A stretch of DNA of 64,000 nt, from positions 49,799 to 113,798 of the forward strand of contig JBGQEL010000003.1 in NCBI GenBank assembly GCA_041496385.1. Reading direction: 5' to 3'. The notes beneath the pieces are model-generated. The model worked only from the letters and a program-made list of their open reading frames with translations. It made no database searches and was not told where the DNA came from. Of this stretch, positions 10,118 through 19,736 are shown in pieces. This DNA is from Candidatus Methylomirabilia bacterium (GTDB lineage Bacteria > Methylomirabilota > Methylomirabilia > Rokubacteriales > CSP1-6). Position numbers and translations under genes: made by a program. The first letter of the stretch is position 1. Each line of letters begins with the position of its first letter.

Positions 10118-11521
10118 TCAGAAGGCGAGCGGCAGCCAGATCCTGAAGGTTGCTCCACTACCGCGGGCGCTGTTCACGGAGATTCTCCCACCCTGTCCTT
10201 CGACGAGTGCGCGGCAAATCGCCAGTCCCAGTCCGACGCCGGGCGCCTCCATGCTGAGCGAGGCACTTCCCCGATAGAACCTCTCGAAGAGCCGGGGCAC
10301 CTCTTCATCGGGGATTCCTGGACCAGTATCAGACACGGCGACCACAGCCGAGCTTCCCTCGATCGCGACGCCGACCGTGACGTCACCGCCCGGGGGCGAG
10401 AATTTGACCGCATTGTCCAATACGTTCGCGACGACATGGCTCAGCGCGGACGGGGCAACATTCACTGCCAGCTCCGGCGGGATATCCATCACGAGCGCCA
10501 CGTTTCGGCGAAGAGCCTCGGGGCCGAGACGCTTCACCGCCTCCTGGAGAATCGACGTCAAGTCCACTGACCGCGGCGCCTCCGGCGGTCCACCTGCGTC
10601 CAGGCGAGCCAGCATGAGTAGCTCATCTGTCAGGCGAGAGAGTCGCTCGACCTCGCTCAGGCAAGACCGCAGCGCTTCCTCGTACTCGGCACGTTCTCGC
10701 GCTCGGCGCAAGGTCACCTCAAGTTCTGCGCGGAGGCGCGACAGTGGCGACCGGAGCTCGTGAGAGGCGTCTGCAGTGAAGCGACGCTGAGCTTCGAAGC
10801 TCTGCTCGATTCGAGCAAGCATGTCGTTGAGCGTCTCGACCAGGCGAGCTATCTCGTCCCGGGTGCCCGGATGCGGGAGCCGCTCGGCGAGCGCCGACTC
10901 CCCGATCATCCTCGCGCGCTCGACGATCTGAGCAATCGGACGCAATACCGTCCGCGCCAGCATGGCGCCCGTCAACACGACCGCGCCGAGAATGCCTGCG
11001 GACATCGCGAGCAAGAGGAGTCGCGCCAGGCGCAGAGTCGCATTGGCGTCGGCGAGTGAAGTTCCAACCTGGATCACATAGGCGTGACTACCGATCTGGA
11101 GGGGAACCGAGAGCAGTCGCACCCGTTCGTCGCCGAAATCGTCCACGGTCTCGAAGACCCTCTCGCCGGTGCGCAATTTCGCCAGGAGGGACGCTGACGT
11201 CGGAAGACGCGCGGTGCCCAAGTTCGCGCTGCGGGCGATGATTCGGCTGCCCGGGTCCACGTACTGGATGAATTTGTCGAGCCGAGGAAAGGACGGCGGC
11301 GCCGTGCCCGGGGACATCTCATGGATGTGGAGCGGGTGGCTCAAGTCGGCCACCGTCGCATTGACTTCCGTGAGGGCCAGATCCAGGAGCGCCTGGTCAA
11401 CTTGGCCAAGCACCATGCGGGAAAACGCCCAGTTGGCACCGAGCGACGCTATCGCCAGGATGAGGCCGACGGCCACGACGTGCCGAACGAAGACTCTCTG
11501 CTTGAGGTTGAGCCGGATCAT
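10118..11521 (-). CDS. Heavy-metal-type sensor histidine kinase (CusS/CzcS-like)
   Basis: 2 TM, HAMP, FTADASHELRSPL H-box, N/G1/F/G2 boxes. Confidence 0.92.
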   Translation of the reverse strand: MIRLNLKQRVFVRHVVAVGLILAIASLGANWAFSRMVLGQVDQALLDLALTEVNATVADLSHPLHIHEMSPGTAPPSFPRLDKFIQYVDPGSRIIARSANLGTARLPTSASLLAKLRTGERVFETVDDFGDERVRLLSVPLQIGSHAYVIQVGTSLADANATLRLARLLLLAMSAGILGAVVLTGAMLARTVLRPIAQIVERARMIGESALAERLPHPGTRDEIARLVETLNDMLARIEQSFEAQRRFTADASHELRSPLSRLRAELEVTLRRARERAEYEEALRSCLSEVERLSRLTDELLMLARLDAGGPPEAPRSVDLTSILQEAVKRLGPEALRRNVALVMDIPPELAVNVAPSALSHVVANVLDNAVKFSPPGGDVTVGVAIEGSSAVVAVSDTGPGIPDEEVPRLFERFYRGSASLSMEAPGVGLGLAICRALVEGQGGRISVNSARGSGATFRIWLPLAF

Positions 11522-12195
11522 GGGCCCGAGGACCCCAGCATGTAGCCGCCTCCCCGAACCGTCTGGAGAAGCTGGGGTGTGCGCTCCACGTCTATCTTTC
11601 TCCGCAAGTGGCTCACGTGGACGTCCAGCAGGTTCGAAAGTGCTTCGGGCTCCGCCTCCCAGACTCGTTCGGCGAGCGAGGCGCGACTCACCACTTCACC
11701 TGCATGACGCATGAGAACTTCGAGAATCGCGTACTCCTTTGGAGTCAGGCTGATAGGCGCGCCACCTCGCGTCACGCGGTGGCTCAGCGGGTCGAGCGCC
11801 AGATCGGCGACCCTGAGTACGACGGATCGAGTCGAGTCCGAGCGGCGCAAGAGGGCGTGGATGCGAGCCAGGAGTTCCGAGAACCCAAAGGGTTTGGTGA
11901 GGTAGTCGTCGGCACCTGTGTTGAGTCCTGTGACCCGATCCTCGAGTGAGTCGCGAGCCGTGAGCATGAGGATTGGCGTCGAGATCCCCCGTTCCCGCAG
12001 ATCCCGGCACACGACGATTCCTTCCCTGTCCGGCAAGACCCAATCCAACACGATCACGTCGTAGTCGTTGACACTCGCCATCTCATCGCCTGCTTCGCCG
12101 GAGTGAGCAACGTCCACGACAAAACGCTCTTCCTGCAGGCCCTTGGCGAGCAAGCGCGCGGCCTTACGGTCGTCCTCGATGACCAGGATTCGCAT
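11518..12195 (-). CDS. OmpR-family response regulator (CusR/CzcR-like)
   Basis: Receiver (EDD, LDWVLP, KPF) + winged helix (TVRGGGY); 4-bp overlap with kinase. Confidence 0.94.
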   Translation of the reverse strand: MRILVIEDDRKAARLLAKGLQEERFVVDVAHSGEAGDEMASVNDYDVIVLDWVLPDREGIVVCRDLRERGISTPILMLTARDSLEDRVTGLNTGADDYLTKPFGFSELLARIHALLRRSDSTRSVVLRVADLALDPLSHRVTRGGAPISLTPKEYAILEVLMRHAGEVVSRASLAERVWEAEPEALSNLLDVHVSHLRRKIDVERTPQLLQTVRGGGYMLGSSGP

Positions 12196-12272
12196 CCGGT
12201 AGTCGTAAGATACTATCGATCTCGTGTAGCGGGCAATCCGCTGGGTTCCCGGCCAGAACCGGCTCGGCGATC

Positions 12273-12328
12273 CTGAAGAAAAATTCAGTCAATCCTTCAG
12301 GATTTCTTCATTCACCCATCCCTATGCT
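12273..12328 (+). promoter_or_regulatory. Response-regulator boxes and -10 element for the metal-uptake operon
   Basis: CTGAA-N6-TTCAG palindrome; TTCAG/TTCAT repeats at 12284, 12296, 12307; TATGCT at ~12323. Confidence 0.55.
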
Positions 12329-12474
12329 TCTTGCTCGGACGGCGCCCTCGGAGTGCGGTTCGCTCGCGTGCGCCGGGATCTCGGATCACGTCGTCGTTCG
12401 GCGGGGCGGCGACACCCGGGGACGTCGAGACCGGGCGAACTGCTGGCTGGTGACGCGGAGAAGCGGGAGGGACT

Positions 12475-13659
12475 ATGAAACGATACGCGCTCGCGCTTGG
12501 CTTCATCGGACTGCTCGTCGTCGCGTCGTCACCCGTCGCCTTTGCCCACACCAAGGGGCTCACCCTCAGCCGATTCGGCCTGATCGACGTCTCGCTGCAG
12601 GCCAACGTCGCCTACGCGACCTTCAGCGACCCCAATAAGGTCGACTTCGACAAGATCGGGGACCGGCACTCGAAGGGGTTCAACCTGACGAGCTTCGATC
12701 TCTCGCTCACCGGCCAGACACCCGAGTTCCCCCTGAAGTACGCCTTGTTCCTCACGTTCGAACAGGACAAGGCGAGCATCGAGGAAGCCTTCCTCTTCTT
12801 CCACAAGCTCGAGGAGTTCTCGCCGGCGCTCAGCGACTTCCAAGCGACGGTGGGTCAGTTCAGGGCCAAGTTCGGACAGTTCAACCAGATCCACGACCAC
12901 GAGTGGTTCCTCGCTGATCCGCCCTTGATCCACACGAAGTTCCTCGGCGTGGACGGCGTCCACCTGCTGGGCACCGAAGTGACCTATCAGGTGCCGATCC
13001 CCTACTTTCTCCAGTTCTCGCTCTCGATCCAGAGCAAGGGCGCGCTGGACGGGTTCCCGGCGGCGACCAGCAGTACGCCCCCCACCTTCGCGCTGCGCAC
13101 GGCCGACGACATGGTGGTGTTCCCCAGGATCGAGACGTTCCTGGACCTGACGGACAATACGGATCTCTCTCTGGGGGCCTCCGGCGCCATCGGCAGGAAC
13201 AAGCCCACGGGCAGCGACCGCACCTATCTAATCGGAGGGGACGTCCTGCTGCGCTCGAAGTCGGGCGCCGGGGCCTGGCCGTACATCCGGTGGCTGACCG
13301 AGGCCATCTGGGCGGTCAGAGAGAATCCCATCGTCCAAGCGGGCGCCAACAAGGGGCTTCAGGTGAACAGCGACGTGGTCGGCGGAGTCTTCTCGGAGCT
13401 CGGCTACCGGTTCTCGCCCCACTGGCAAGTGACTGGTCGCGTCGACTACGTGGGAATTCCCAAGGGGAACGAGGACGAGCACCTTCGCCTCACGGGAGGC
13501 CTGCGGTACCTGATCAGCTCGGTGGCGAAGATCGGCCTCCAGTACGAGTACAGCGCGCCATCGGGCCGCGATAAGCCCTACAGCGCCGTCTTCATCCAGT
13601 TCAACGTGGGGCTGGGCACCGTGACCCCGGGCGTCGGAAAATTCCTGGATCCGTTCTAG
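12475..13659 (+). CDS. Outer-membrane beta-barrel protein of the type associated with Zn/Mn ABC operons
   Basis: Signal peptide AFA-H; IEEAF and GQFRAKFGQFNQIHDHEW motifs; amphipathic beta-strands; ~390 aa. Confidence 0.7.
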   Translation: MKRYALALGFIGLLVVASSPVAFAHTKGLTLSRFGLIDVSLQANVAYATFSDPNKVDFDKIGDRHSKGFNLTSFDLSLTGQTPEFPLKYALFLTFEQDKASIEEAFLFFHKLEEFSPALSDFQATVGQFRAKFGQFNQIHDHEWFLADPPLIHTKFLGVDGVHLLGTEVTYQVPIPYFLQFSLSIQSKGALDGFPAATSSTPPTFALRTADDMVVFPRIETFLDLTDNTDLSLGASGAIGRNKPTGSDRTYLIGGDVLLRSKSGAGAWPYIRWLTEAIWAVRENPIVQAGANKGLQVNSDVVGGVFSELGYRFSPHWQVTGRVDYVGIPKGNEDEHLRLTGGLRYLISSVAKIGLQYEYSAPSGRDKPYSAVFIQFNVGLGTVTPGVGKFLDPF

Positions 13660-13736
13660 TCTACGTCTAGACTGGAGGCCGGAAGCGGTGATGGATCTCA
13701 CTCCTGCGCACCTCGAAGCGCAGCTCGAGGAGTCTC

Positions 13737-14747
13737 ATGCAGGCACATAGCTCCCTGACGGGTATCGCGATCGTGCTGACCGCCATGTGCTTCGTCGTCG
13801 GCGCCGCGACCGCGCACGACGACAACACGCTCCCCCGTCCCGATCAACGGCGCGGCGGGCCGACGCTGAACGTTGTCGCCACGCTTGAGCACTACGGCTC
13901 GATCGCGAAGGTCATCGGTGGCGACAGGGTCAAGGTGAGCGTGATCGTGAAGGGCTCCCAGAACCCCCACACGATCGCCGTCAAGCCGAGCTACTCGGTG
14001 CTCTTCAACAAAGCCGACCTCCTGGTCGCGAACGGGCAGCTGATCGAGCTGGGCTGGCTGGACGTCGCGCTCATCAATGCGAGGAACGCCAAGATCCAGG
14101 AGGGGCACCCGGGGTTCGTGAACTGCTCGATCGGGGTCGACATCATCCCGTATACGGCGGACGAGATCGAGGGCACCCCCTTCTTCATCCTCAATCTCGG
14201 CGTCGGCGGCACGCTGAAGCTCGGCAATCACCACTACTGGCTCGACCCCGGCAATACGGCGATCATCGGGCGAAACATCGCCGAGAAGCTGGCCGAGGTC
14301 GACCTGCCCAACGCGGCGTACTATCGGGGCAACGAGGAACACTTTGCCATGCATCTCGGCGAGAAGCTCAGGGAATGGGACAAGCTGATGGAGCCGTTCC
14401 GGGGGATGCAGCTTGTCAGCTACCATCGGAGCTGGAATTACCTGCTGCGCCGACACGGCCTGAAGGTCTTCGACTACATCGAGCCGAAGGAGACGCTGCC
14501 GCCCAGCGCGGCCTACATGGCGTCGTTGGTCGACCGGATGAAGCGGAGCGGGATCAAGGTCATCCTGGCGGAGACCTATCAGAACAGGCCGCTCATCGAC
14601 GAGATCGCACGGCAGACCGGCGCCAAGGCCCTGATCCTCCCGAGCTCGGTCAGCGAGGACCAGGGAATCAAGACGGTGATCGAGTTCTTCGACCGGATCT
14701 ACGGCGAGCTCGTCCCCGCTCTGCGGGCGGCCAAGGCGTCGTCGTGA
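13737..14747 (+). CDS. Metal ABC transporter substrate-binding protein (ZnuA/TroA-like) 1
   Basis: NPH, NHHYWLDP and YHRSW metal-ligand motifs. Confidence 0.9.
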   Translation: MQAHSSLTGIAIVLTAMCFVVGAATAHDDNTLPRPDQRRGGPTLNVVATLEHYGSIAKVIGGDRVKVSVIVKGSQNPHTIAVKPSYSVLFNKADLLVANGQLIELGWLDVALINARNAKIQEGHPGFVNCSIGVDIIPYTADEIEGTPFFILNLGVGGTLKLGNHHYWLDPGNTAIIGRNIAEKLAEVDLPNAAYYRGNEEHFAMHLGEKLREWDKLMEPFRGMQLVSYHRSWNYLLRRHGLKVFDYIEPKETLPPSAAYMASLVDRMKRSGIKVILAETYQNRPLIDEIARQTGAKALILPSSVSEDQGIKTVIEFFDRIYGELVPALRAAKASS

Positions 14748-15742
14748 GACCCCTCCCTCTCCTCCTGGTCGGCCTGATCGCGCTCGTGCCCGCATGGGCC
14801 GAGGCCAAGGTGAGCGTCGTCGCCACCACCGAGCACTACGCGGCCGTGGCGCGAGTCGTCGGCGGGGATCGCGTCTCGGTGGCGTATCTCGCCAAGGGGT
14901 CTCAAGATCCCCATGGGATCCTCCCGAGGCGAAGCTTCTCGGTGCCCCTGAACCGGGCCGATCTCCTGGTCGTGAACGGCCAGGGTCTCGAGACGGCGTG
15001 GCTCCCGACCGCTCTCACCGACTGCACGAACAACCGGATCCGGGAGGGGAAGCCCGGCTACCTCGATGCCTCGATCGGGGCGACGCTGATCCCGTACGAT
15101 CCCGCCGAGCTGAAGGCCTCCCCCCTCGTCAGGACGCTGGTCGCGCTGCAGTCCCTGGTCGTCCCGAAACCGTCGGACGGCGAGGCCGCGAACAACCACC
15201 ACTACTGGCTCGACCCGGGCAACGGGACCGCCATCGCGAAAGCCATCCTCGACAAGCTCGTGCTGCTCGATCCATCGAACGCGACCGTCTTCCAGGCGAA
15301 CTACGAGCGATTCGCCGCGAAGCTGCGGGAGAAGCTGGTCGAGTGGGACGCGAAGATGAAGCCCTTCGAGGGGACCGAGATCGTCAGCTACCATCGGAGC
15401 TGGACCTATCTGGCCCGACGGCACGGCCTGAAGATCGTGGCCTACGTCGAGGCGAGCGAGCCTCTCATTCTCAGCGTCACGAACGTGTCCAACCCGCCCG
15501 ATCGGGACGAGAAAGCCGCGCTGATCGCGAAGATGACTCAGAGTCGCGTGAAGCTGATCGTGGCCGAGACGTATCAGGATCCGGCCCTCCTCCAGGAGAT
15601 CGCCCGTGCCACCGGGGCCTCCGTGCTGACGCTGCCCGCATCGGTGAGCCAGGCCGACGGCGTGGACGACTACTTCGCCCTCTTCGATCAGATCTATGCG
15701 AAGTTGACCCAGGCGCTGTACGCCGTCAAGACGCTTCGCTGA
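14744..15742 (+). CDS. Metal ABC transporter substrate-binding protein (ZnuA/TroA-like) 2
   Basis: GTGA overlap with previous stop; signal peptide; DPH, NHHYWLDP, YHRSW; paralogous to upstream gene. Confidence 0.9.
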   Translation: MRPLPLLLVGLIALVPAWAEAKVSVVATTEHYAAVARVVGGDRVSVAYLAKGSQDPHGILPRRSFSVPLNRADLLVVNGQGLETAWLPTALTDCTNNRIREGKPGYLDASIGATLIPYDPAELKASPLVRTLVALQSLVVPKPSDGEAANNHHYWLDPGNGTAIAKAILDKLVLLDPSNATVFQANYERFAAKLREKLVEWDAKMKPFEGTEIVSYHRSWTYLARRHGLKIVAYVEASEPLILSVTNVSNPPDRDEKAALIAKMTQSRVKLIVAETYQDPALLQEIARATGASVLTLPASVSQADGVDDYFALFDQIYAKLTQALYAVKTLR

Positions 15743-16515
15743 TGTCCGTGCTCCTCGCGGCGCACGATCTCTCCATCGGCTACGGGGGACGGGCCCTGCT
15801 GTCCGGCATCGAGCTCTCGATCGAGCAAGGTGACTGGTGGGGCGTCGTCGGTCCCAACGGCGCCGGCAAGACGACGCTCATCAAGACGCTCCTCGGGATC
15901 ATCCCGGTGCTCGCCGGGAGGATCGAGCGCAGAACAGGCCTGAGCTTCGGATACGTGCCCCAGCGCGGGGTGATCGACGACATCTTCCCGCTGCCCGCCC
16001 TGGACGTCGTGGTGATGGGGCGCTACCCCCGTATCGGCCCGTGCCGACGAGTGACACGCGCCGATCGAGAACTGGCCCTCCACTACATGGGCCGGGTCGG
16101 GATCGCCCATCTCGCGCGCAAGCCCTTCCGCTCGCTGTCGGGGGGACAGAAACAGCGGACCTTGATCGCCCGAGGACTCGTGCCGGAGCCGGACGTACTC
16201 GTGCTCGACGAGCCCACGGATGGGATGGACCTCGCGGGGGAGACCGGGATCATGGAATTGATCTCGGATCTGCAGCGCGGCTCCGGCCGGACCCTGCTGA
16301 TGATCAGCCACTCGTTGAACCTCGTCGCGAACCACGCGAAGCAGTTGATGCTCATCCACGGCGCCGAAGGCGTCTTCAGAACAGGGATGACCGACGAGCT
16401 GCTGAACAGCAAGACCCTCGAGGAGATGTATCACCTGAGTGTCGCCGTGCACTCGTTCGCGGGCCGGCGGTTCCTGTTCGCGCACGGGTCGACGGACACG
16501 AAGGAGAAGGCGTAG
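15742..16515 (+). CDS. Metal ABC transporter ATP-binding protein (ZnuC-like)
   Basis: GPNGAGKTT, LSGGQ, VLVLDEP; TGATG coupling. Confidence 0.92.
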   Translation: MSVLLAAHDLSIGYGGRALLSGIELSIEQGDWWGVVGPNGAGKTTLIKTLLGIIPVLAGRIERRTGLSFGYVPQRGVIDDIFPLPALDVVVMGRYPRIGPCRRVTRADRELALHYMGRVGIAHLARKPFRSLSGGQKQRTLIARGLVPEPDVLVLDEPTDGMDLAGETGIMELISDLQRGSGRTLLMISHSLNLVANHAKQLMLIHGAEGVFRTGMTDELLNSKTLEEMYHLSVAVHSFAGRRFLFAHGSTDTKEKA

Positions 16516-16517
16516 CC

Positions 16518-17438
16518 GTGGACTTCCTGAGATCGGTGCCCCTCCTGTCCACCCTCCTCCTCGTCGAGCGGGACGGAATGACCTTCCTCGACGCGCTGCC
16601 GATTCTCCGGAATGGGATCCTGGCCGGCGTGGTCGTGGCGGTCGTGAGCGCTTTCCTGGGCGTCTACGTGATCCTCAAGCGCATCGTGTTCGTCAGCGCG
16701 GCGATCTCCCAGATCTCCTCCCTGGGGGTGGCCTGCGCCTTCCTGGTCGCGGTCTTCTTCGGACATCGCGCGAGCGAAGTGAAGTCGCAGTTCCTGAGCG
16801 GACCGGGGTTGACCTCGGTCGTGTTCGCCTGTGTGGCGGCGATCATCCTGGCCCGGCAGGTGAGCGAGAAGAGGATCACCAGAGAGAGCATCCTGGGCAT
16901 CGGCTATCTCCTGCCCGCCGGTCTCACGTTGCTCATTCTCGACGTGCTGAGCGCTGAGGCGCACGCCATCGAGGATATCCTCTTCGGCAACTCGGTCTTC
17001 GTTTCCGTGGAGCAGCTCCGGGTGCAGGTGGTCACCGCCGGCGCGGTGCTGCTGATCCATCTGCTCTTCTACAAGGAATTCATCTTCACGTCGCTGGATC
17101 CCGAGACCGCCACGGCCTGTGGCATGAGAACGCAGCTCTTCAACCGGATCCTGCTCCTGACCATCGCCTTCACGATCTCCGTGTCCATCATGTCCATCGG
17201 AGCGCTGCCGGTGTTCGCGTTCATGGTGATCCCGGCGTCCGCGGCGCTGACGCTCACGGAGCGCCTCCGGAACGCGTTTCTCCTGTCCGTCGTGTTCGGC
17301 GTTTCGGCGGCCCTCGTCGGTTTCTATCTGTCGTTCGTCTTCGCGCTGCCGACCGGACCGGCCATGCTGACAACGGCCGGGTTCTTTCTCATCCCGGGCG
17401 GCTTACGGACGCTCGTGCAGCGGTGGCGACGCGGCTAA
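16518..17438 (+). CDS. Metal ABC transporter permease (ZnuB-like)
   Basis: LGVYVILKR, ILFGN, YKEFIFTSLDP, PTGP motifs; alternative ATG at 16578. Confidence 0.9.
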   Translation: MDFLRSVPLLSTLLLVERDGMTFLDALPILRNGILAGVVVAVVSAFLGVYVILKRIVFVSAAISQISSLGVACAFLVAVFFGHRASEVKSQFLSGPGLTSVVFACVAAIILARQVSEKRITRESILGIGYLLPAGLTLLILDVLSAEAHAIEDILFGNSVFVSVEQLRVQVVTAGAVLLIHLLFYKEFIFTSLDPETATACGMRTQLFNRILLLTIAFTISVSIMSIGALPVFAFMVIPASAALTLTERLRNAFLLSVVFGVSAALVGFYLSFVFALPTGPAMLTTAGFFLIPGGLRTLVQRWRRG

Positions 17439-17454
17439 TCGGGGGAGGGTCGAG

Positions 17455-18483
17455 ATGACTGATCGACACACCGATCACGACCATGGAGAAGGCGCCCACG
17501 CGTACGGTCACGGCGCGGGCCATGGGCACACGCACGGCGTTGTCGATCCATCCATCGCCGCGAGTGACCGGGGGCTCTGGGCGCTGAAGTGGTCCTTCGT
17601 GGGACTCATGGTCACCGCCCTGATCCAGACCGCGGTGGTGCTGCTGTCCGGTAGCGTCGGGTTGCTGGCCGACACCATTCACAACTTTGCCGACGCCGCC
17701 ACGGCGATCCCGCTCGGTGTCGCATTCTGGCTAGCTCGTCGTGGCGCGACGCCTCGGTTCACCTACGGTCTCGGTCGGGTCGAGGACCTGGCCGGGCTGG
17801 CGATCGTCGTGACGATCCTCGCCAGCGCCATCGTCGCCGCCTATGAGGCGATCCGCCGGCTCGTTCACCCCGAACCCGTGGCGCTGCTGTGGGCCGTCAT
17901 GGTGGCCTCGGTGATCGGCTTCATCGGCAACGAGGCGGTGGCCCTCTTCCGTATCAGCGTCGGTCGTCAGATCGGCAGTGCCGCCCTCGTTGCCGATGGG
18001 TATCACGCCCGCATCGATGGATGGACGAGCCTCGCTGTCCTGGTCGGGGCGATCGGCGTGTGGGCAGGGTATCCGCTGGCCGATCCCGTCGTCGGCCTGT
18101 TGATCTCGATCGCGATCTTCGTGCTCGTCTGGCAGTCGGCCCGGTCGATTTTCCTGCGGACGCTCGACGGCGTCGAAACCGAGGCTCTCGAGGCGATTGC
18201 CCACGCCGCCAGCCACGTGCCAGGGGTCACGGAAGTCACGGACGTGCGAGCGCGCTGGATCGGTCACCGGCTGCACGCGGACCTGAGCATCACGGTTCAG
18301 GCCGCGCTCTCCCTCTCCGACGGCCACGAGGTCGCCAAGGCCGTACGACACCAACTGCTGCACCACCTCCCGCATCTTGGCAGCATGACCATTCACGTCG
18401 ATCCCGACGGGGAGGGAGGGGAACGCCACCATCGCATCGGCGCGCACGTGCACGATGGGTTGCCGATGCACACGCACGACTAG
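17455..18483 (+). CDS. Cation diffusion facilitator (CDF) transporter with His-rich termini
   Basis: LLADTIHNFAD, ADGYHARID, IHVDP motifs. Confidence 0.92.
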   Translation: MTDRHTDHDHGEGAHAYGHGAGHGHTHGVVDPSIAASDRGLWALKWSFVGLMVTALIQTAVVLLSGSVGLLADTIHNFADAATAIPLGVAFWLARRGATPRFTYGLGRVEDLAGLAIVVTILASAIVAAYEAIRRLVHPEPVALLWAVMVASVIGFIGNEAVALFRISVGRQIGSAALVADGYHARIDGWTSLAVLVGAIGVWAGYPLADPVVGLLISIAIFVLVWQSARSIFLRTLDGVETEALEAIAHAASHVPGVTEVTDVRARWIGHRLHADLSITVQAALSLSDGHEVAKAVRHQLLHHLPHLGSMTIHVDPDGEGGERHHRIGAHVHDGLPMHTHD

Positions 18484-18498
18484 CCACCGAGAACCGGG

Positions 18499-19674
18499 AT
18501 GGACGTCACGATGTCCGCGAGGTCGCAGTCTCTTTCCAGGTGCACGTGCGCGGTTCTCGTGGGCCTCGTCGTGTACTTCACGGGGGTGCTGCCGGTGGGC
18601 CTCCTGGCGACGCCGCCTTCGATCGCGCTGGCCCAAGGATCTCGAGCCGACGATGAGCTCGCGGAGGCCCGGCGCCTGAATCAGGAGGCCGCCACGATCC
18701 GGAGCTCCGGAAAGTTCTCGGAGGCAGTTCCGCTTGTCCAGCGTTCGCTCGCGATCCGGGAAAAGATCCTCGGGCCGGAGCACCCGGACGTCGCTGCGAG
18801 CCTCGACAACCTGGCCGGGCTGTACCGCGACCAGGGCAAGTACGCGGAGGCCGAGCTGCTGTACCGGCGTGCGCTCGCGATCGGAGAGAAGGCCCTGGGG
18901 CCGGAGCACCCGGGCGTGGCCGCGAGCCTCAACAACCTCGCGGGGCTCTACCACGCCCAGGGCAAGTACGGGCAGGCCGAACCGCTCTATCAGCGCGCAC
19001 TCATGATCGGGGAGAAGGCCGTCGGCCCGGGGCACCCAAACGTCGCGGCCAGCCTCAACAACCTGGCCCTGCTCTACGGCGCCCAGGGCAAGTATGCGGA
19101 GGCCGAGCCGCTCCAGCGGCGCGCGCTCGCGATCCAGGAGAAGGCGCTGGGACCGGAGCACCCGGACGTCGCTGCGAGCCTCGACAACCTCGCGGGGCTC
19201 TACCACGGCCAGGGCAAGTACGCGGAGGCCGAGCTGCTGTATCGGCGTGCGCTCACGATCAGGGAGAAGGCGCTGGGGCCGGAGCACCCGGCGGTGGCCG
19301 AGAGCCTCAACAACCTTGCAGAGCTCTACCAGGCCCAGGGCAAGTACGGGCAGGCCGAACCGCGGTATCGGCGCGCGCTCGCCATCCTAGAAAAGGCGCT
19401 GGGACCGGAGCACCCCGATGTGGCCACGGTCCTCGACAGCCTGGCCGGGCTCTACAAGGCGCAGGGCAAGTATGCGGAGGCTGGGCCGCAGTATCGGCAC
19501 GCGCTCGCGATCCTGGAGAAGGCGCTGGGACCGGAGCACCCGAACGTGGCCATCGTGCTGGAGAACTTGGCCGCGGTTCTGCGAAAGACGAACAGAACGG
19601 CCGAGGCGGAAGAAATAGAGGCTCGCGCGAGGACGATCAAAGCCAAGCACGCCCAGCCTGCCCCTGCGAAGTGA
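18499..19674 (+). CDS. Exported tetratricopeptide repeat protein (kinesin-light-chain-type 42-aa TPRs)
   Basis: Hydrophobic N-terminus; ~7 LGPEHPxVAxSLxNLAxLY repeats (126-bp DNA period). Confidence 0.9.
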   Translation: MDVTMSARSQSLSRCTCAVLVGLVVYFTGVLPVGLLATPPSIALAQGSRADDELAEARRLNQEAATIRSSGKFSEAVPLVQRSLAIREKILGPEHPDVAASLDNLAGLYRDQGKYAEAELLYRRALAIGEKALGPEHPGVAASLNNLAGLYHAQGKYGQAEPLYQRALMIGEKAVGPGHPNVAASLNNLALLYGAQGKYAEAEPLQRRALAIQEKALGPEHPDVAASLDNLAGLYHGQGKYAEAELLYRRALTIREKALGPEHPAVAESLNNLAELYQAQGKYGQAEPRYRRALAILEKALGPEHPDVATVLDSLAGLYKAQGKYAEAGPQYRHALAILEKALGPEHPNVAIVLENLAAVLRKTNRTAEAEEIEARARTIKAKHAQPAPAK

Positions 19675-19736
19675 CAACGCGTGCTGGAAAGGTTGAAGCC
19701 GGCCGTGCACGGGGAGCGTGAGCCGGGGCGGGCGGT

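Noticed and set aside
18770..19570. CRISPR-like periodic repeat
   Set aside because: 126-bp in-frame coding repeats with no unique spacers and no cas genes.
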